From Dicyema japonicum (lineage: Eukaryota > Animalia > Dicyemida), in NCBI GenBank assembly GCA_011109175.1, contig RDEW01000006.1:483668-547667 (forward strand): a stretch of DNA of 64,000 nt, in the 5' to 3' direction. The notes under the pieces were generated by a model. It saw nothing but the letters and a program-made list of their open reading frames with translations, did no database searches and had not been told where the DNA came from. Positions 62,501-64,000 of this stretch are shown in pieces; within the stretch, counting starts at the first letter, position 1, and each line of letters begins with the position of its first letter. The position numbers and the translations under genes were made by a program.

Positions 62501-62600
62501 GTGCCTCTTTGACCAGTCATTAAGGCCCCTGGCATTGAAGGTAAGGAAGATACCATAGACTACGAAAAAGGGTTCAATATTATCATCTATTTTAAACCCT
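59574..62600 (-). mobile_element. Near-intact RTE-clade LINE (APE + RT single ORF, (TAA)n tail)
   Basis: In frame from FLTFNARGL...CCLQETK through 753-aa ORF 60080..62341 (GDWNA, NQIDYIL, SDH, SPGPD, LRPVILL, QSGFR, DLTRAFD, GTPQGDSLSP, YADD). One frameshift at ~60085, more near the end; TAA tail at ~59574-59590. Confidence 0.95.
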
Positions 62601-64000
62601 CAAATCTTCCTGGTCTGCTAGATATGTAAATGGTAGGCAGATAGTAACTCCGAGGATGGAGGTGATCTTATTGGTTGGGATCGTGAGTCATTTAAGTTGA
62701 CCTCTGGGATTATAGTCTTTTTTAGTGAAGAGATGACCGTTTCTACGTGTGATTTTTCTAGTAAAGTTTTTATGTGGTTTTTTTATCTTGTAGTTTTTTC
62801 AAATCTTCAATGTTTCGCTCCAACAATGAGCATGGTGCTTTGGGCATCTGGAGTCGTAAGGTCGCTAAAGAATAGATTGACCAATGTTGGGGATAACAGG
62901 GATCTTTGTGGGACTATGTTTGGGATATATAATGATTTTGGCATTGATTATTTCATTTCACTCGTTTTCTGATGTCTTCTTACCACAAGACTGCCATAGC
63001 TTGGACTCTACTTGTGACCTCAGACTCCTTTTATAATTCATTCTGTGCTGCGACATACGAGTCAAAGATAGCATCTCTTTTCAGGAGATTTGCCATCTTT
63101 TTCTCTGTTACTTCTCTGATCAACACTAATAGCAAATCTTCGTCCTCATCTAAAATCTCGTCGAGCCGTTTGCGTAGTGCAATCTTGATCCCTGCTCTCC
63201 TCGATTTTTCAGAAAAACAAGATTAAATGCTCCATTTATGAATATAACCCTATTCTTCAAGCCCATAGAGGAGTAATGGAATGATCGTACGTGAAAAAAA
63301 TAAATAAAAACATATCCGTTTCGAGTTTTAATTTCCTCATACACAAGATCGCATTGTGTGATTTTTTCCTTAGGAGTTTAAAGCTTTTATAAACTACTCC
63401 CAGTTTTCTCAAAGAAGCTGTTCTTAGATACTTCAGGAATATCAAAGTATTGATTCCGCATAAAGAGCCTTGCTGATTTCCTTTTCCATTTCAACCGATA
63501 AACTTCATTGCATTAGATTTTTTCTGACAATTTTAATCCACATAGAAATCTTTAAGGAAGTGTTAAAGCGCACAGGTGTTGGAGGTCGGTAGATGAGAGG
63601 AAAGACCGGGATGGTTTGTTTTACTCCAGAGAGAATCAATAATTTCATCACTTTACTTTCTCGAGTTGGGGGATTGTACGGTTCTTGGAATAAGCTTTAT
63701 GGTTGATATTCGCTAAGACTTCATAGACCTGGGAAATATTACGTGGTGGAGTCTGGAGAAAACTTGCTTTTCTGGCTTTTCCCATCATTCTTTGTTTTGT
63801 ACCGTATGGTTTCTTAATTTGTTAACTATTTATTTTTTGTATCAAAAAATAGTAATATTCTTGTGGTTTGTATATGTTCGCCTATTTTGAACAAGATGAA
63901 ACATTAGCAATAGACCAATCTACGAAGGACCCCGATAGAGAAACATTAATAGCATAGACCAAGTGGTCCTTGGTTGTGTGGAATCCAAGGAATCTGTTAT

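Noticed and set aside
62700-64000. Short ORFs at the window end (e.g. 62972..63226, 63257..63445) as genes or an ORF1 of the adjacent LINE
   Set aside because: Fragmentary, stop-rich and without diagnostic motifs; cannot be assigned from this window.

Overview
Gene-dense, AT-rich (roughly 37% GC by eye) nuclear DNA from an animal with a miniaturised genome. It encodes cilia components (DNAH1, DRC3) and a central-class Hox gene. Almost every intron I could resolve is only 21-28 nt long. That combination best fits a dicyemid mesozoan (inference; an orthonectid or another microintron lineage is not excluded). Recognisable genes: a core-2/I-branching GlcNAc transferase, a ~14.3 kb DNAH1 with about 70 microintrons, a lone diverged central Hox gene, a TBC RabGAP, a myosin light chain, BUD13, DRC3/LRRC48, UFSP2, a NIM1K-like kinase, DOLK, RPL26, gluconokinase and HAUS6. 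Several more multi-exon candidates could not be named. Between genes lie relics of RTE, CRE-clade, R4-clade and other LINEs and of hAT/Buster transposons, plus one near-intact RTE LINE. Scattered single-base deficits in homopolymers look like long-read assembly errors, so gene ends are approximate. The most unexpected signal is strong over-representation of the palindrome (C)CACGTG(G): at least 35 hexamers and 9 octamers by hand count, in exons in all three frames and in non-coding DNA, and absent from the last 16 kb. Other highlights: two GC-AG microintrons with weak donors, stop-less 3n microintrons, a possible GT-GG intron, internally deleted RTE derivatives, and a mosaic His/Tyr/Thr-rich coding-like repeat. 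All counts are manual.
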